Shown here piece after piece: positions 26,401-36,160 of a stretch of 64,000 bases of DNA. The stretch is from assembly GCA_002840645.1 (NCBI GenBank), contig PHBO01000010.1:60470-124469 (forward strand), in the 5' to 3' direction. The notes under the pieces were generated by a model that ran no database searches, had not been told where the DNA came from, and worked only from the letters and a program-made list of their open reading frames with translations. How positions within the stretch are numbered: the stretch's first letter is position 1; every line of letters begins with the position of its first letter. This DNA is from Candidatus Cloacimonetes bacterium HGW-Cloacimonetes-3. Lineage in GTDB: Bacteria > Cloacimonadota > Cloacimonadia > Cloacimonadales > Cloacimonadaceae. A program made the position numbers and the translations under genes.

Positions 26401-29349
26401 TTGTCTGTGCCTACTACCAGCCTGGCTCTAAGTGCCATAGAAGGTTGCACCGTTGACTTCAACGGTGAATATTTCTGGGCTGTTCAGGCTCATAACAGTG
26501 AAGGTGAATCCGATGCTTTAGATCCTAACTACCAAATATGGAGCTTCAGAACTTCCGCTCAAATGGCTGCTTCTTCAACCCTGGCTATTGGCAATGCCTG
26601 GCCCAGTAATCCCAAAGCCGGAACCATTGTGGTTACAAATCTGGGTACAAGCGAGATGATAATCAATGCTACCGGTTCTACCGAATTCGTTTTCGGTGGT
26701 ACAGGGCAGTACACTATCCCTGCCAGCAGCAGCTATAATGTACCTTTCACCTTCAATGCTCCCGAAACATTGGGTGCATACACCGGAAGCATCACACTTA
26801 CCCAAACCAGCCCCAGTGCTTCCAGTATAGTGATAGCAGTAACCGCAAACGTTTCTACAGAAATATCGTTTGGGACAGGCACTACCAATATGTTCCAACC
26901 TGTGTATCCATACTATGGCTACACATATTCTCAAACCATATATCCTGCGTCATGGTTTAGTTATCCTGATGGCTACCGCATCGAAAAGCTCCAGTTCTAC
27001 TGGAATCCTGCACTTGCACCCTTAAACTCAAATTCGTTCAAGGTTTGGATGGGGCACACATCCCAAAGCCAATTCCCCTCCACTGTCACCAGTGCTTCCT
27101 GGATACCTTTAACAGGACTTTCCCTTGTCTTCGACGGAACCTGGGATATCACCGCCGGTGCAGGATGGAAGGAACTTGTCTTACAAACTCCATTCATCTA
27201 CAACCGCACAGACAACCTTGTGATCGCTATGGATGAAAATGCCGCTGGTTACGACACCTCTGGAAACACTACAACCTCTTTCTTCCATGGAACAACCACT
27301 TCAGGAACATACTATGGTATGTCCTGTTACGACGATGGTGATAACTTCGATCCTGCAAACCCCGATGCAATAGCACAATCAAGCTTTACAAGCTATGCTT
27401 CCAGACAGGGTTTCCCCAATACCAAGTTCTTCGTGGGTGAAGTTCCTACCAATCCTGTAATTGCAGTAACTCCTGCAAGTTGGGATTATGGCACTGTGGT
27501 AGTTAATACAACCAACACCAAGCAATTCACCATTCAGAATAACGGTGGCGGCACATTAACTATCAATGGTATCACCCCTGCAAGCAGTGGCTATTTCACC
27601 CTTACCAACCTGCCCGTGGGTTTCCCTGCCACTCCTGTAAACCTTGGTACCGGACAATCGATGACCTTCAGCGTGCAATATCTGCCAACCGCTGCCGGAA
27701 CACATAGCGCAGCATTTACCATTGACGATAACTTAGACGATTTTGTGGTAAACGTTAATGCCGTGTGTGTCGATCCCCGCATCACCAGCCTGCCCCATAC
27801 TCAGAACTTCGATGGCGTAACTGCTCCTGCCTTGCCACTTGGCTGGACGGCTTATAAGAGCAATGCTTCATCGTCCCTAATCGCCTCTACCACATATGCG
27901 CAAAGCACTCTCAACAGCGTGTATATGTACAACTACACAACCTCCGAGACTATGCGGCTGATTAGCCCTCAAAGTACCGTTGCGCTAAACACAGCCAAGC
28001 TTAGTTTCTACGCCCGTAGCGGTTCTGCCGGTTACGTGCTTAAGGTGGGAACTGTTAGTGCCCTTGATGGTACAGGTGTATTTACCGAACTGGCATCTTA
28101 CACCTTAACTACAACCTTCACACAATATATGCTGCCCTTATCTGCCTATGCCGGAACCGACCAATATCTATGCTTCCAGCATGGTGCAACAAGCACATAC
28201 CAAAGCATATATGTAGATAACTTCCAGTTAGATTTGTTAGTGGCAAACGATATGGCTGCTACAAGTATAACCGGTAATAATGCAGGCTTCGTTGGAACAC
28301 CGATAACTCATACAGTAAATGTGATTAACAACGGAACCGCAGCCCAATCTGCCTACACTGTGTATCTCAAGAGAGCAGGTGGCGCAAGGTTTGCTACCCT
28401 TGTAGTGAATACTCCAATCGCTGCCGGCGCAACCGCTGCCATCCCCATTACCTGGACTCCTGCAACTCAGGAAACCTACAGTATTCAAGGTGAAGTAGAG
28501 CTTACCGGCGATGCTGTGTCTGCCAACAACATCACCGCCTCCAGCATTGCTTTCACAGTATATGCAGCAGGCAGTTTTGTGGAAAGCTTTGAAGGCGGGG
28601 TTATGCCTGCTGGTTGGACTGTCCGCAATGCTGATGGTGGAACCTATAGCTGGGAAGTATTGGCATCCCTACCCAAGAGCGGGACATACTCTGCCCGAGT
28701 TCGCTGGGAATCTACTTCCTTGCAAAACGATGACTGGTTGATTACTCCTGCACTGCAGTTAAGCAACACAGTAACAGACGTAATTAGCTTCTGGATGGCG
28801 AGAACCAGCACATCCTGGCCTGAAACATACGAAATCCGCCTCTCCACCACCACAAACGAAATTGCTGCTTTCACCAATGTTCTGGAAGCAAGTGATTTGA
28901 GCACAGTGGCGATAAACACCTACATACAGAAGTCATTTAATCTGGATGCATACGGAAATGCTGTAGTTTACTTAGCTATCCGTTACACAGGTCTTGATGA
29001 ATATTATCTGCATGTAGATGATTTCGTTGGACCTCCCTTGTACACAGTTGCAAACCTTAGTGCACCGGTTGTAAGTATCGAACCCGTCGGTGCAAACATC
29101 CAGCTTAGCTGGGCAGCTGTAACCAATGCAACTCAATACATCATCTCTGCCTCGAGTGATCCTTACACCGGATTCACTCAGTTAGCAGCAACTGCAAGCT
29201 TGAACTACACTGTTGTAGCTCCTGCTGCTGCAATGAAGTTCTACAAAGTTGTAGCTTCCAATGCACCTCTTACAAAACAAGCTGTGAAACCTCCCCTATC
29301 CACAGAGGAACAGCTTCGTAAGGATGCTCTTGAAAAGAAATACAAATAA
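23443..29349 (+). CDS. Giant secreted modular adhesin-like protein A (1968 aa): N-terminal module, Fn3-like, parallel beta-helix, choice-of-anchor D/ASH-like, cleaved-adhesin/choice-of-anchor J-like, CARDB-like, shared C-terminal domain
   Basis: Signal peptide; GGVTFNVADGTYNE...PDIGADE beta-helix block; QFTIQNNGGGTLTI; ESFEGG...DDWLITP...YYLHVDDF. Confidence 0.85.
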   Translation: MKRILLLIVLAVVACLGFAQVASYTFGYSSGTYSEITGGTVLGTATVGGSGATALDNVTYFNTPIPFLFPFNGRMYNQVGINSNGYLIFGGSTAFGESSQISSTTVAEGAVVVYGKDNQAIVVDGSLGEIRYQTLDTAPNRVFVIQWKNFKDYSGAATDLLNFQIKLYEATKVVEFVYGACTVLTAESCQVGLRGTSNADFFARTTTTNWAASTAGAANTSTMTVSSTVKPANGTIYTFTPPAATAVPNVATVVSPTNANPSVFANATLNWADGGGWTNGFKLYFGTTDPAPYVGDLGYVTSYDPPGDMPFSTPYFWKVVPYNSFGDNITGTQWTFTTSSAPLTGTKTIDPAGSGVNNYTTFTAAINALNGAGVGTGGVTFNVADGTYNESPPAITTTGTALNQIIFQAAVGANPVVTPAGGSLTFAFKLTAADYVTFDNIDVTGPTTLIYGYWLAALTANGATNNTIKNCTITVPYGSSSNYGIYSLGVVDGANSNNTFLNNSIVSAYYGIYLTGSSTAGSEAQNLNIQGNTITGARNYGIYVGYGLNTVIQYNNIGFFAGGTTAYYGIYVFGTTSTYNVHHNTISGGYTSSTVYALYNSSGNTTFANNDVTNLYNTSSSGWYGFYAGGGNTIWNGNNIYGIANTGTAAVYTAYITTGNHDFLNNNLYDIATGGTSLYGFYVIGGTTHNIYNNKVYNLRYTGASSGVVYAIHLGGGTTNNVYNNMVYDLRAASSTSLATSPAIRAFSISSGTTNNVWNNTVFLNSAGSNTAFSTAALYVLTSTSAIDLKNNIFVNKSTPGATGRVVAFWKTSAGVSNLSATSNKNIYFAGVTPGAANLIGYFSTTAYPTLDEYKTMAATKDQGSYTEDVPFVRNTDPYDMHIDTAITTRVEGNAIVIVPPVSFDIDNQARHASTPDIGADEGNFTAPAGAPGLVTLLAPTDAAQGINPLTGQLSWSAPAVGGAPTEYWVYVSDDPEELYSQGNNVLSVPTTSLALSAIEGCTVDFNGEYFWAVQAHNSEGESDALDPNYQIWSFRTSAQMAASSTLAIGNAWPSNPKAGTIVVTNLGTSEMIINATGSTEFVFGGTGQYTIPASSSYNVPFTFNAPETLGAYTGSITLTQTSPSASSIVIAVTANVSTEISFGTGTTNMFQPVYPYYGYTYSQTIYPASWFSYPDGYRIEKLQFYWNPALAPLNSNSFKVWMGHTSQSQFPSTVTSASWIPLTGLSLVFDGTWDITAGAGWKELVLQTPFIYNRTDNLVIAMDENAAGYDTSGNTTTSFFHGTTTSGTYYGMSCYDDGDNFDPANPDAIAQSSFTSYASRQGFPNTKFFVGEVPTNPVIAVTPASWDYGTVVVNTTNTKQFTIQNNGGGTLTINGITPASSGYFTLTNLPVGFPATPVNLGTGQSMTFSVQYLPTAAGTHSAAFTIDDNLDDFVVNVNAVCVDPRITSLPHTQNFDGVTAPALPLGWTAYKSNASSSLIASTTYAQSTLNSVYMYNYTTSETMRLISPQSTVALNTAKLSFYARSGSAGYVLKVGTVSALDGTGVFTELASYTLTTTFTQYMLPLSAYAGTDQYLCFQHGATSTYQSIYVDNFQLDLLVANDMAATSITGNNAGFVGTPITHTVNVINNGTAAQSAYTVYLKRAGGARFATLVVNTPIAAGATAAIPITWTPATQETYSIQGEVELTGDAVSANNITASSIAFTVYAAGSFVESFEGGVMPAGWTVRNADGGTYSWEVLASLPKSGTYSARVRWESTSLQNDDWLITPALQLSNTVTDVISFWMARTSTSWPETYEIRLSTTTNEIAAFTNVLEASDLSTVAINTYIQKSFNLDAYGNAVVYLAIRYTGLDEYYLHVDDFVGPPLYTVANLSAPVVSIEPVGANIQLSWAAVTNATQYIISASSDPYTGFTQLAATASLNYTVVAPAAAMKFYKVVASNAPLTKQAVKPPLSTEEQLRKDALEKKYK

Positions 29350-29372
29350 CTAATAAACTCCAGACTAATACT

Positions 29373-29409
29373 GAACCCCCGGTGTGATTACCGGGGGTTC
29401 TTTTTTTTT
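29373..29409 (+). terminator. Intrinsic terminator of gene A
   Basis: GAACCCCCGGT / ACCGGGGGTTC stem followed by T-run. Confidence 0.9.
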
Positions 29410-29575
29410 CACAAGAAACTACGGTAAACTTAATCAAGTGAGGTAAAGCGGTAATGAAGCTGGCTTGGCTTCTTGGCTCTCTTTTAATAGTGGGTTGTTA
29501 TTATATGTACCCAACTGGGGGTTTTTTACCCAGCCAGGCATTTAATATCAGCTAATGCCAAGTGACTACTAACAT

Positions 29576-29636
29576 TGATTTTGACTGTTTATTGCCATAA
29601 AGCTTCCCGTAACCCTCCCATATCCGATACGGGAGG
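29576..29636 (-). repeat. Inverted, truncated copy of the 165-bp repeat
   Basis: 61 bp identical to the reverse complement of 22686-22746. Confidence 0.9.
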
Positions 29637-29848
29637 AGAATACATAGTGCTTGTTAATCACTTGTAGGGTAAAAACCCTAAGCTACCCTCCAAGTTTGAG
29701 AGCGAGCCGACTTTTTTTTTAAGACATCTACATTCATACATATCCCTTACTAAGTAGCGACTTCAAATGCAAGTTAAACTAAGCACTTAGGATAAAGGTG
29801 AAATCTATAATACTTCCATAAGTCCCGGGGCGCAGAGAATCTTTCTGC

Positions 29849-30356
29849 TTGACACCATTTGGGTAACAAAGTTTTATTGTTCAGAGCTTGAAACATGAAC
29901 ACCATTTACTTATTAAGTGGACGTGTGTATAGTAGTTAACCAATGAATATCGTTATCTGGAAATAGTTGCCGGATAACGTGCAAGAGCATAAGAAGTTTT
30001 ATGAACCGACAGACAACTTACCGGGTTGTTACCTCCTTGCCAAACCTCGTTTTTGAGGCGACGGAAGAATTCGCATGTTCGCCTCATCAAATCACTTCTT
30101 TTAACCATCATGCGCTTAAGAGCGTTTCAACATCCCCCAGAAAAAACACAAAATGAGATATAGCGGAGGAAATATGCCTACACTCAGCAATGCCCAATTT
30201 GATATAATCGTCGCACATTATGCTATATGTGGCAATGCTGATTGTATGTACAAGTCCTTCACGGATCCTTCTAAACATCAAGAACAAATATGGGGAGCCT
30301 TATAGCCTCCCTTTAACCAGAAACACAAATACACATATTTACTTCAAGGAGTAAAG
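29849..30356 (+). promoter_or_regulatory. Long conserved structured 5' region of adhesin gene B
   Basis: Homologous to 22930-23442; TTGACA at 29849; hairpin motif at 30204-30221; CATATTTACTTCAAGGAGTAAAGATGAA identical to leader A. Confidence 0.6.
30174..30305 (+). CDS. Possible 43-aa upstream ORF in leader B (MPTLSNAQFDIIVAHYAI...)
   Basis: GGAGG SD; ungapped paralog of 23261-23410, but differences are mostly non-synonymous. Confidence 0.25.
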   Translation: MPTLSNAQFDIIVAHYAICGNADCMYKSFTDPSKHQEQIWGAL

Positions 30357-33300
30357 ATGAAGAAATTACTACTTATAACCGTCTTGTGCATGTTGGCAGC
30401 CTTTGGTTTTGCCCAGTTAATGAGCGAATACAGCTTTGCCTACAGTGCCGGAACCTATACAGAAATTACCGGTGGTACGGTTTTAGGAACCACAACTTCT
30501 GATGATCAGAAATTTGTGACTCCTCTCACCCCTGCCGGAGGAACTGGAACCACCGGTATTGGCTTCCCCATCGGGTTTAACTTTACTTTTGGTGGCGTAG
30601 TGTATGACCGTGTTGCGATAAACAACAACGGCTGGATTAGTTTGGGTCAATCTGCCCTCACTCCTTCCATTAACATGGCTTCTACCAGTTCTTACTTCCC
30701 GCTTGGTTCCACCTCAACAATTTCACCCACTCAGTTAGTGGGTCGTATTGCCGGAATGTCTTTGGACTTGCAGGGACAAACAGATTCTGAGCTTCGTATC
30801 GAAACCGTTGGTACTGATCCCGATCAGGAATTGGTAGTCCAATGGAAGAACTATCGCGAATATGGTTCATCGGGACAAAGCTATAACTTTCAGATTCGCC
30901 TGCAGCAGAATGGCAACAAAGTTGTAGTTACCTATGGTACGGTAACAAACGGTGCCACTCCTTTCGTAGCCCAGGCTGGCTTGCGTAATGAGCCCGCAAC
31001 CCCGGCTACTAACTTCAAAAACCTTTCCACAACTACAGACTGGACTAATCCTGCTGTCGGTGGAACTGCTGCTGCACAATTGACACTCTCCGATGCAGTT
31101 TATCCTCCCAGTGGAACCATATATACTTGGGCTCCTCCCGTTGCAGGTTTACCACCCAATCCCGCCGCATTAGTCAGCCCCGCAGATGCCGGAACAGGGG
31201 TTTTTCCTGAAGCCACATTAAACTGGGCATCTGGCGGTGGAATACCTACCGGATACAAACTGTATTTCGGAACAGATGATCCCCCCACAAATATCGAGAA
31301 TGGCACAGACATGCTTGATGTTACTACTTACGACCCTGATGGCTTAATGCCATTCGACGCAACATATTATTGGCAGGTTGTTCCGTATAACGAGATAGAT
31401 GATGCATCAGATTGCCCCATCTGGAGCTTCACAACTATTTCGGATCCCACTGTTTTCAGCGATGAGCTGCCTTATATGGAAAACTTCGATACTGTAACTA
31501 TACCGACACTACCTTATGGGTGGACAACCAGAGTAACCGATGTCTCTACTTATGGCTACGTAAAGACTGTAGCTACAGGTTATTCTACCCCCAATAGAGT
31601 AGCATTTTACAACTCAAGTGATACCGCTTCAGATCTGATCCTGATCTCTCCCCTGATTGATCCTGCCCTAAATACGCTCAGAGTGAAGTTCTGGGCTACC
31701 GGTGGCACAGGTTATACCCTTCAGGTTGGAACTGTTGATGTATCCGGTCAATCCGCTGTTTTCACATCGGTGCAAACAGTGAACGTAGCAAGTGGCTGGG
31801 CACAGTATAGCGTATCTCTTGCTGCTTATGCAGGAACAAATCAATACATTGCCTTCAGGCATGGACATGGTGACACATATAGAACCATCTATATAGACGA
31901 TGTAAGCATCGAAGTTCCTGCTCCCATTGCACCTGAAGCCGCAACACTGGTTTCTCCTGCTGATGCTTCGATAAACCTCCTGAATCCAATACTCAAATGG
32001 ACACCTTCCGCTACCGGCGAACCTCCAACAGGTTACAAGGTGTACATGAACGATTCCGGTACATTCAGTGAAGGCGACGTTATATACAACGGAACAAACA
32101 CTTCCTTCACAACTACTACCACTGCTTATGGTCGTACTTATTACTGGCAGGTTGTCCCTTATAATGCCACAGGTCCTGCCACCGGTAACTCCACCAGGAG
32201 CTTCACAGTGGTTACCGAAACTCAGCTTGCAGAAAGCTTCGAACCAACCTCTTTCCCGCCAGCAGGCTGGGCAAACGGAAGCACTGGAAACTGGACACGC
32301 AGCACGTCATATCCTGTTGATGGAGTTGGCACTGCATATAAATATGGCTCTTCCACGGCGCAGTACATCCTATCAGCTCCGAGATGCACAATTGATGGTT
32401 CCAGCACTCTGGATTTCTGGACTGCTTCTGGTTCTACATCGGGCACTTTGCAGGTTGTGTATTCTGAAGACCGTACAACCTGGACACAGATTGGTGCTGA
32501 TATTACTTATGCAGCGACATACACAATGTACAACAATGTAATAGACCTCAGCAGCCTTGCCGGTAATAACTATTACATTGGCTTCCGTACGGGACTTTAT
32601 AGTACAAGTTACTATGTGGACAAGGTTATTGGTCCAGAAATCACTGCGGAAGCCCCAGGTCCTGTGACCCAGGTCTTACCTGCTGATTTGGCAATAGACC
32701 AAGAAGTTCGTCCCACCCTTACATGGACAGCAGCAGTCACAGGTGGCATACCTACGGGTTATAAGGTTTACTGTGACGAAACGGGTGCCTTTACAGCTCC
32801 TATCGCAACTGTTACAGCATCCCCTTATACCTTCACTTCAGACTTAACCTGGGAACACACCTATTATTGGAAAGTAGTAGCTTATAATGGTACCGGCGAT
32901 GCGGTTGGCAGCACAACCCGTTCCTTTACCGTAAAAGCTGATCCCACTATCACTACTTTCGCTTACGTGATAGATTTCGGCACCACCACGTCTGATCCAT
33001 TCCCTCCCACTAATTGGAGCAGAATGGACGGTCTTTACGGTGGCACCTATGCTTCTGGTTCTCAATGGATTATGGATGATTGGTTAAACGTTACTACTCC
33101 AGCAAATAAAGCCGCGAAGATCAATATCTATGGCACATCTCGTTATGGCTGGTTGGTAACACCTCCCATCAACATTCCGACTGATAATTTTGAGCTTAAG
33201 TTCGACATGGCTCTGTTAGATTGGAACGGCACTATCCCTCCAGTCGCAGGTGAACAAGCCGATGATAAGCTTATAGTTGTGATGAGTGACAGCCCTACGA

Positions 33301-35549
33301 TGGACTCTCCCATTATCCTGAGGGAATGGAATAACACCATGTCAAACGATGTGTTTGATAATATTCCCGCTACCGGCGAAAATTATGTTATACCATTGAT
33401 AGGTATTACCGGAATCAAGTATTTTGCCTTCTATGGTGAATCTACTGTTTCCGGTGGTGATAACGACCTTATGATAGATAACATCATAATCCGCCAAATT
33501 CCTGCAGGTGCTCCGGATAATGTTACTCTAAACAGCCCTGTAAATCATGATGCTACAGTTAATCCTGAATCAGTAACACTTAGCTGGACTCCTGCCATAA
33601 CCGGTGGTAATCCTGATGGCTACAGTATTTTTGTTGGTGAGAACCCCATTGATCCTGCCAACGAATACTTTGGCGATTATGAGTACTCTACTACGAATAC
33701 ATCATTCGACCTTAGTGCTGAAGATATCGTGATTGGTTACGAGCAAACCTTGTATTGGGCAGTATGGCCCTACAATGGTGATCCGGCTCAGTATCCTGAT
33801 CCGAATGACCCCAGTTTCCAAACCTTCGATTTCACCACTATCGCAGATCCACGCATCGTTAGTTTGCCCTATGTGCAGAACTTCGATGGCGTATCTACAC
33901 CTGCGCTGCCGGTTGCTTGGACTGGTTACAAGAGCAATTCCGGTATGACTGTAACTACTTCTACAAGTACTCCCCAAAGTACGCCTAACAACGTATATAT
34001 GTATAATAGCAGCTACACATCAGATACATTGCGCTTGATCACCCCGGAAGTAGTAGTAGCCATGAACACCGCTAAAATCAGCTTCTACGCCCGTAGCAGT
34101 TCTGCCGGTTATGTTTTGCAGGTGGGAACAGTTAGTGCCCTTGATGGCACCGGTGTGTTTACCGAGTTAGCCTCGTATCCACTCACAACCACCCACACGC
34201 AATATACCCTGTCTCTCACCGGATATGTAGGAACAGATCAATATATCTGCTTCCAGCACGGTCAAGGCGGGTCATATCGCAGTCTTTACATTGATAGCTT
34301 TATGATGGAAGAAGTGATGGCAAACGACTTGGCTGCCACAGCCGTTTCGGGACCCGGAATAGGTACTGCCGGAACAGAGCTTAGCTACGATGTAACCGTA
34401 TTGAACAACGGAACTGTCTCGCAATCATCCTACAATGTCCATTTAAAGAGATTTGGTGACGATAGACTTGCTTCGATAGCAATAACAGACCCTCTTGCCC
34501 CCGGAGCATCTGCTGTCCACACCATCTACTGGACTCCTACCACCGGCGGTGATTATGTCCTCGTGGGTGAAGTGGAATTAACCGGTGACGAATATGCCGG
34601 CAATAACGAAAGTGCCACCATGAACAGTAGCATCTATGCTGCCGGTACTTTCCTGCCACAGATTGGTGATATTGCCAGCGCAACCACTTCGTACTACACA
34701 CCCATCAATGCGTATTACAAAAACAATCTGAGCGAAACAGTCTATCTGGCACATGAGATGCAAGCCACATCAGGCACAATCAATGCAATCATCTATCAGA
34801 ATAACTACACTCAGGATGTAACCAAACCTGTCAAAATCTGGATGAAACACACCACGGAAGCTAATGTATTTACTGCATACTTACCTTTTGCAGGCTACGA
34901 ATTGGTCTTCGATGGTAATGTATTTATGCCCCAGGGTGTAAATGCAGTGGTTATTCCTTTGGATACTCCCTTTGCTTATACCGGTGGAAATCTGGCAGTA
35001 CGTGTTTACAGCGTATGGGAAGATTTCTATTATAGCTTGAATGATAAGTTCTACTATACTGCATCTCCGGAATATCCAGACCGCACCAGATACTTCCAGG
35101 CAGATCAAACCTCCGCGTTCGATCCCATCGCCCTTACGGATTATAATGATGTTGCCTTCACAGGAAACTTGCTAAGCTATATCCCGAATACTGCATTCGT
35201 GATGAGCCCTGCTGTTCCTATCATCACGATTGATGCACCTGCGCTTGCCGTGTCTCAGAATGGCACAAATGCCCAATTGGATTGGGATGCCGTAGCCGGC
35301 GCATACGCTTATCGCGTGTATGCCTCCGACGATCCATACCTATTCGAAGGTGCTCCTATTGCCACCGTATATACAAACACCTATAGTGCTGCCTTTGCTG
35401 CCAATGCAAAGAAGTTCTATCAGGTTGTGGCAATATCCTATCACCACACTGATAGTTCTAAGGTGATGAATCCGGCTGCTGTGATCGGGTTCGATAACAG
35501 CAAACTGAAACACAAAGCCACCATCAAGAACACAGGAAACAAGAAATAA
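30357..35549 (+). CDS. Giant secreted modular adhesin-like protein B (1730 aa): Fn3-like, multiple cleaved-adhesin-like, CARDB-like modules, shared C-terminal domain
   Basis: Signal peptide; repeated YYWQVVPYN Fn3-like units and (E/Q)NFD...W...LISP...YIDD adhesin units. Confidence 0.85.
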   Translation: MKKLLLITVLCMLAAFGFAQLMSEYSFAYSAGTYTEITGGTVLGTTTSDDQKFVTPLTPAGGTGTTGIGFPIGFNFTFGGVVYDRVAINNNGWISLGQSALTPSINMASTSSYFPLGSTSTISPTQLVGRIAGMSLDLQGQTDSELRIETVGTDPDQELVVQWKNYREYGSSGQSYNFQIRLQQNGNKVVVTYGTVTNGATPFVAQAGLRNEPATPATNFKNLSTTTDWTNPAVGGTAAAQLTLSDAVYPPSGTIYTWAPPVAGLPPNPAALVSPADAGTGVFPEATLNWASGGGIPTGYKLYFGTDDPPTNIENGTDMLDVTTYDPDGLMPFDATYYWQVVPYNEIDDASDCPIWSFTTISDPTVFSDELPYMENFDTVTIPTLPYGWTTRVTDVSTYGYVKTVATGYSTPNRVAFYNSSDTASDLILISPLIDPALNTLRVKFWATGGTGYTLQVGTVDVSGQSAVFTSVQTVNVASGWAQYSVSLAAYAGTNQYIAFRHGHGDTYRTIYIDDVSIEVPAPIAPEAATLVSPADASINLLNPILKWTPSATGEPPTGYKVYMNDSGTFSEGDVIYNGTNTSFTTTTTAYGRTYYWQVVPYNATGPATGNSTRSFTVVTETQLAESFEPTSFPPAGWANGSTGNWTRSTSYPVDGVGTAYKYGSSTAQYILSAPRCTIDGSSTLDFWTASGSTSGTLQVVYSEDRTTWTQIGADITYAATYTMYNNVIDLSSLAGNNYYIGFRTGLYSTSYYVDKVIGPEITAEAPGPVTQVLPADLAIDQEVRPTLTWTAAVTGGIPTGYKVYCDETGAFTAPIATVTASPYTFTSDLTWEHTYYWKVVAYNGTGDAVGSTTRSFTVKADPTITTFAYVIDFGTTTSDPFPPTNWSRMDGLYGGTYASGSQWIMDDWLNVTTPANKAAKINIYGTSRYGWLVTPPINIPTDNFELKFDMALLDWNGTIPPVAGEQADDKLIVVMSDSPTMDSPIILREWNNTMSNDVFDNIPATGENYVIPLIGITGIKYFAFYGESTVSGGDNDLMIDNIIIRQIPAGAPDNVTLNSPVNHDATVNPESVTLSWTPAITGGNPDGYSIFVGENPIDPANEYFGDYEYSTTNTSFDLSAEDIVIGYEQTLYWAVWPYNGDPAQYPDPNDPSFQTFDFTTIADPRIVSLPYVQNFDGVSTPALPVAWTGYKSNSGMTVTTSTSTPQSTPNNVYMYNSSYTSDTLRLITPEVVVAMNTAKISFYARSSSAGYVLQVGTVSALDGTGVFTELASYPLTTTHTQYTLSLTGYVGTDQYICFQHGQGGSYRSLYIDSFMMEEVMANDLAATAVSGPGIGTAGTELSYDVTVLNNGTVSQSSYNVHLKRFGDDRLASIAITDPLAPGASAVHTIYWTPTTGGDYVLVGEVELTGDEYAGNNESATMNSSIYAAGTFLPQIGDIASATTSYYTPINAYYKNNLSETVYLAHEMQATSGTINAIIYQNNYTQDVTKPVKIWMKHTTEANVFTAYLPFAGYELVFDGNVFMPQGVNAVVIPLDTPFAYTGGNLAVRVYSVWEDFYYSLNDKFYYTASPEYPDRTRYFQADQTSAFDPIALTDYNDVAFTGNLLSYIPNTAFVMSPAVPIITIDAPALAVSQNGTNAQLDWDAVAGAYAYRVYASDDPYLFEGAPIATVYTNTYSAAFAANAKKFYQVVAISYHHTDSSKVMNPAAVIGFDNSKLKHKATIKNTGNKK

Positions 35550-35590
35550 GCTAAGTAAGCAGGTGCTTAACCTGCACGGCTTAATTACAT

Positions 35591-35619
35591 ACCCCCGGTG
35601 TAACAGCCGGGGGTTTTTT
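35591..35619 (+). terminator. Intrinsic terminator of gene B
   Basis: ACCCCCGG / CCGGGGGT stem then TTTTT; same stem sequence as the gene A terminator. Confidence 0.85.
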
Positions 35620-35799
35620 CGTTTTACTTATAAAAGCCCGCTTCTCCCTGCTTTCAGCCTTGTGCTATCTCTGCTGCGGTATTTTATGAGCTAAACGGAA
35701 GGGGGAAGGGGGTGATGGGGGGGGGGGCATGTGGCAGGTGGCGGTGTGAGGGCGATACCTCATCACCCCATCACCCCATCACACATGCTTGAATTACTT

Positions 35800-35848
35800 A
35801 TGCATTACGCATGAAATACGGATGCGATGCGTAATGCATGCGTAATGC
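35800..35848. repeat. Palindrome with 11-bp unit ATGCGTAATGC
   Basis: ATGCATTACGCAT (35800-35812) / ATGCGTAATGCAT (35827-35839); unit duplicated at 35827-35848. Confidence 0.75.
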
Positions 35849-35925
35849 TACTGCAATTCGTGAGAACAGGAAAAGTGTAGCGATTGTGTTTCAGTTCATT
35901 GTTCATATACCCCGTATATACACCT

Positions 35926-36014
35926 GCCGTCCCTACGGAACTGGGTGTGGAGGGGAGCTGACCTAAGCACCGGGTTTATAACCCGTTGCTAATAACAACC
36001 ATCCCGAACGGGAT
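35926..36014. repeat. Three-hairpin REP-like element
   Basis: GTCCC-TAC-GGAAC, CGGGTT-TAT-AACCCG, ATCCC-GAAC-GGGAT in series; single copy in window. Confidence 0.5.
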
Positions 36015-36160
36015 TTATCTGTCGCTACCAACTGTAACCTATGACCTGACACCTGCCACCTGGCACTTTAGATACCTTAAATAACAAGCATAAAGGATGT
36101 AATAGTGGAAATTCTTCCTCTATTCTATGCCATACTTCGGGTAAAAACACTTTTTTCTGC

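Noticed and set aside
30040-30090. Resemblance of GCCAAACC...GG.GACGGAAG in leader B to the c-di-GMP-I (GEMM) riboswitch
   Set aside because: No GNRA tetraloop in the first stem, and the corresponding bases are not kept in leader A (GCTTTACC...CAGTGG). A cmscan would be needed to exclude a distant variant.
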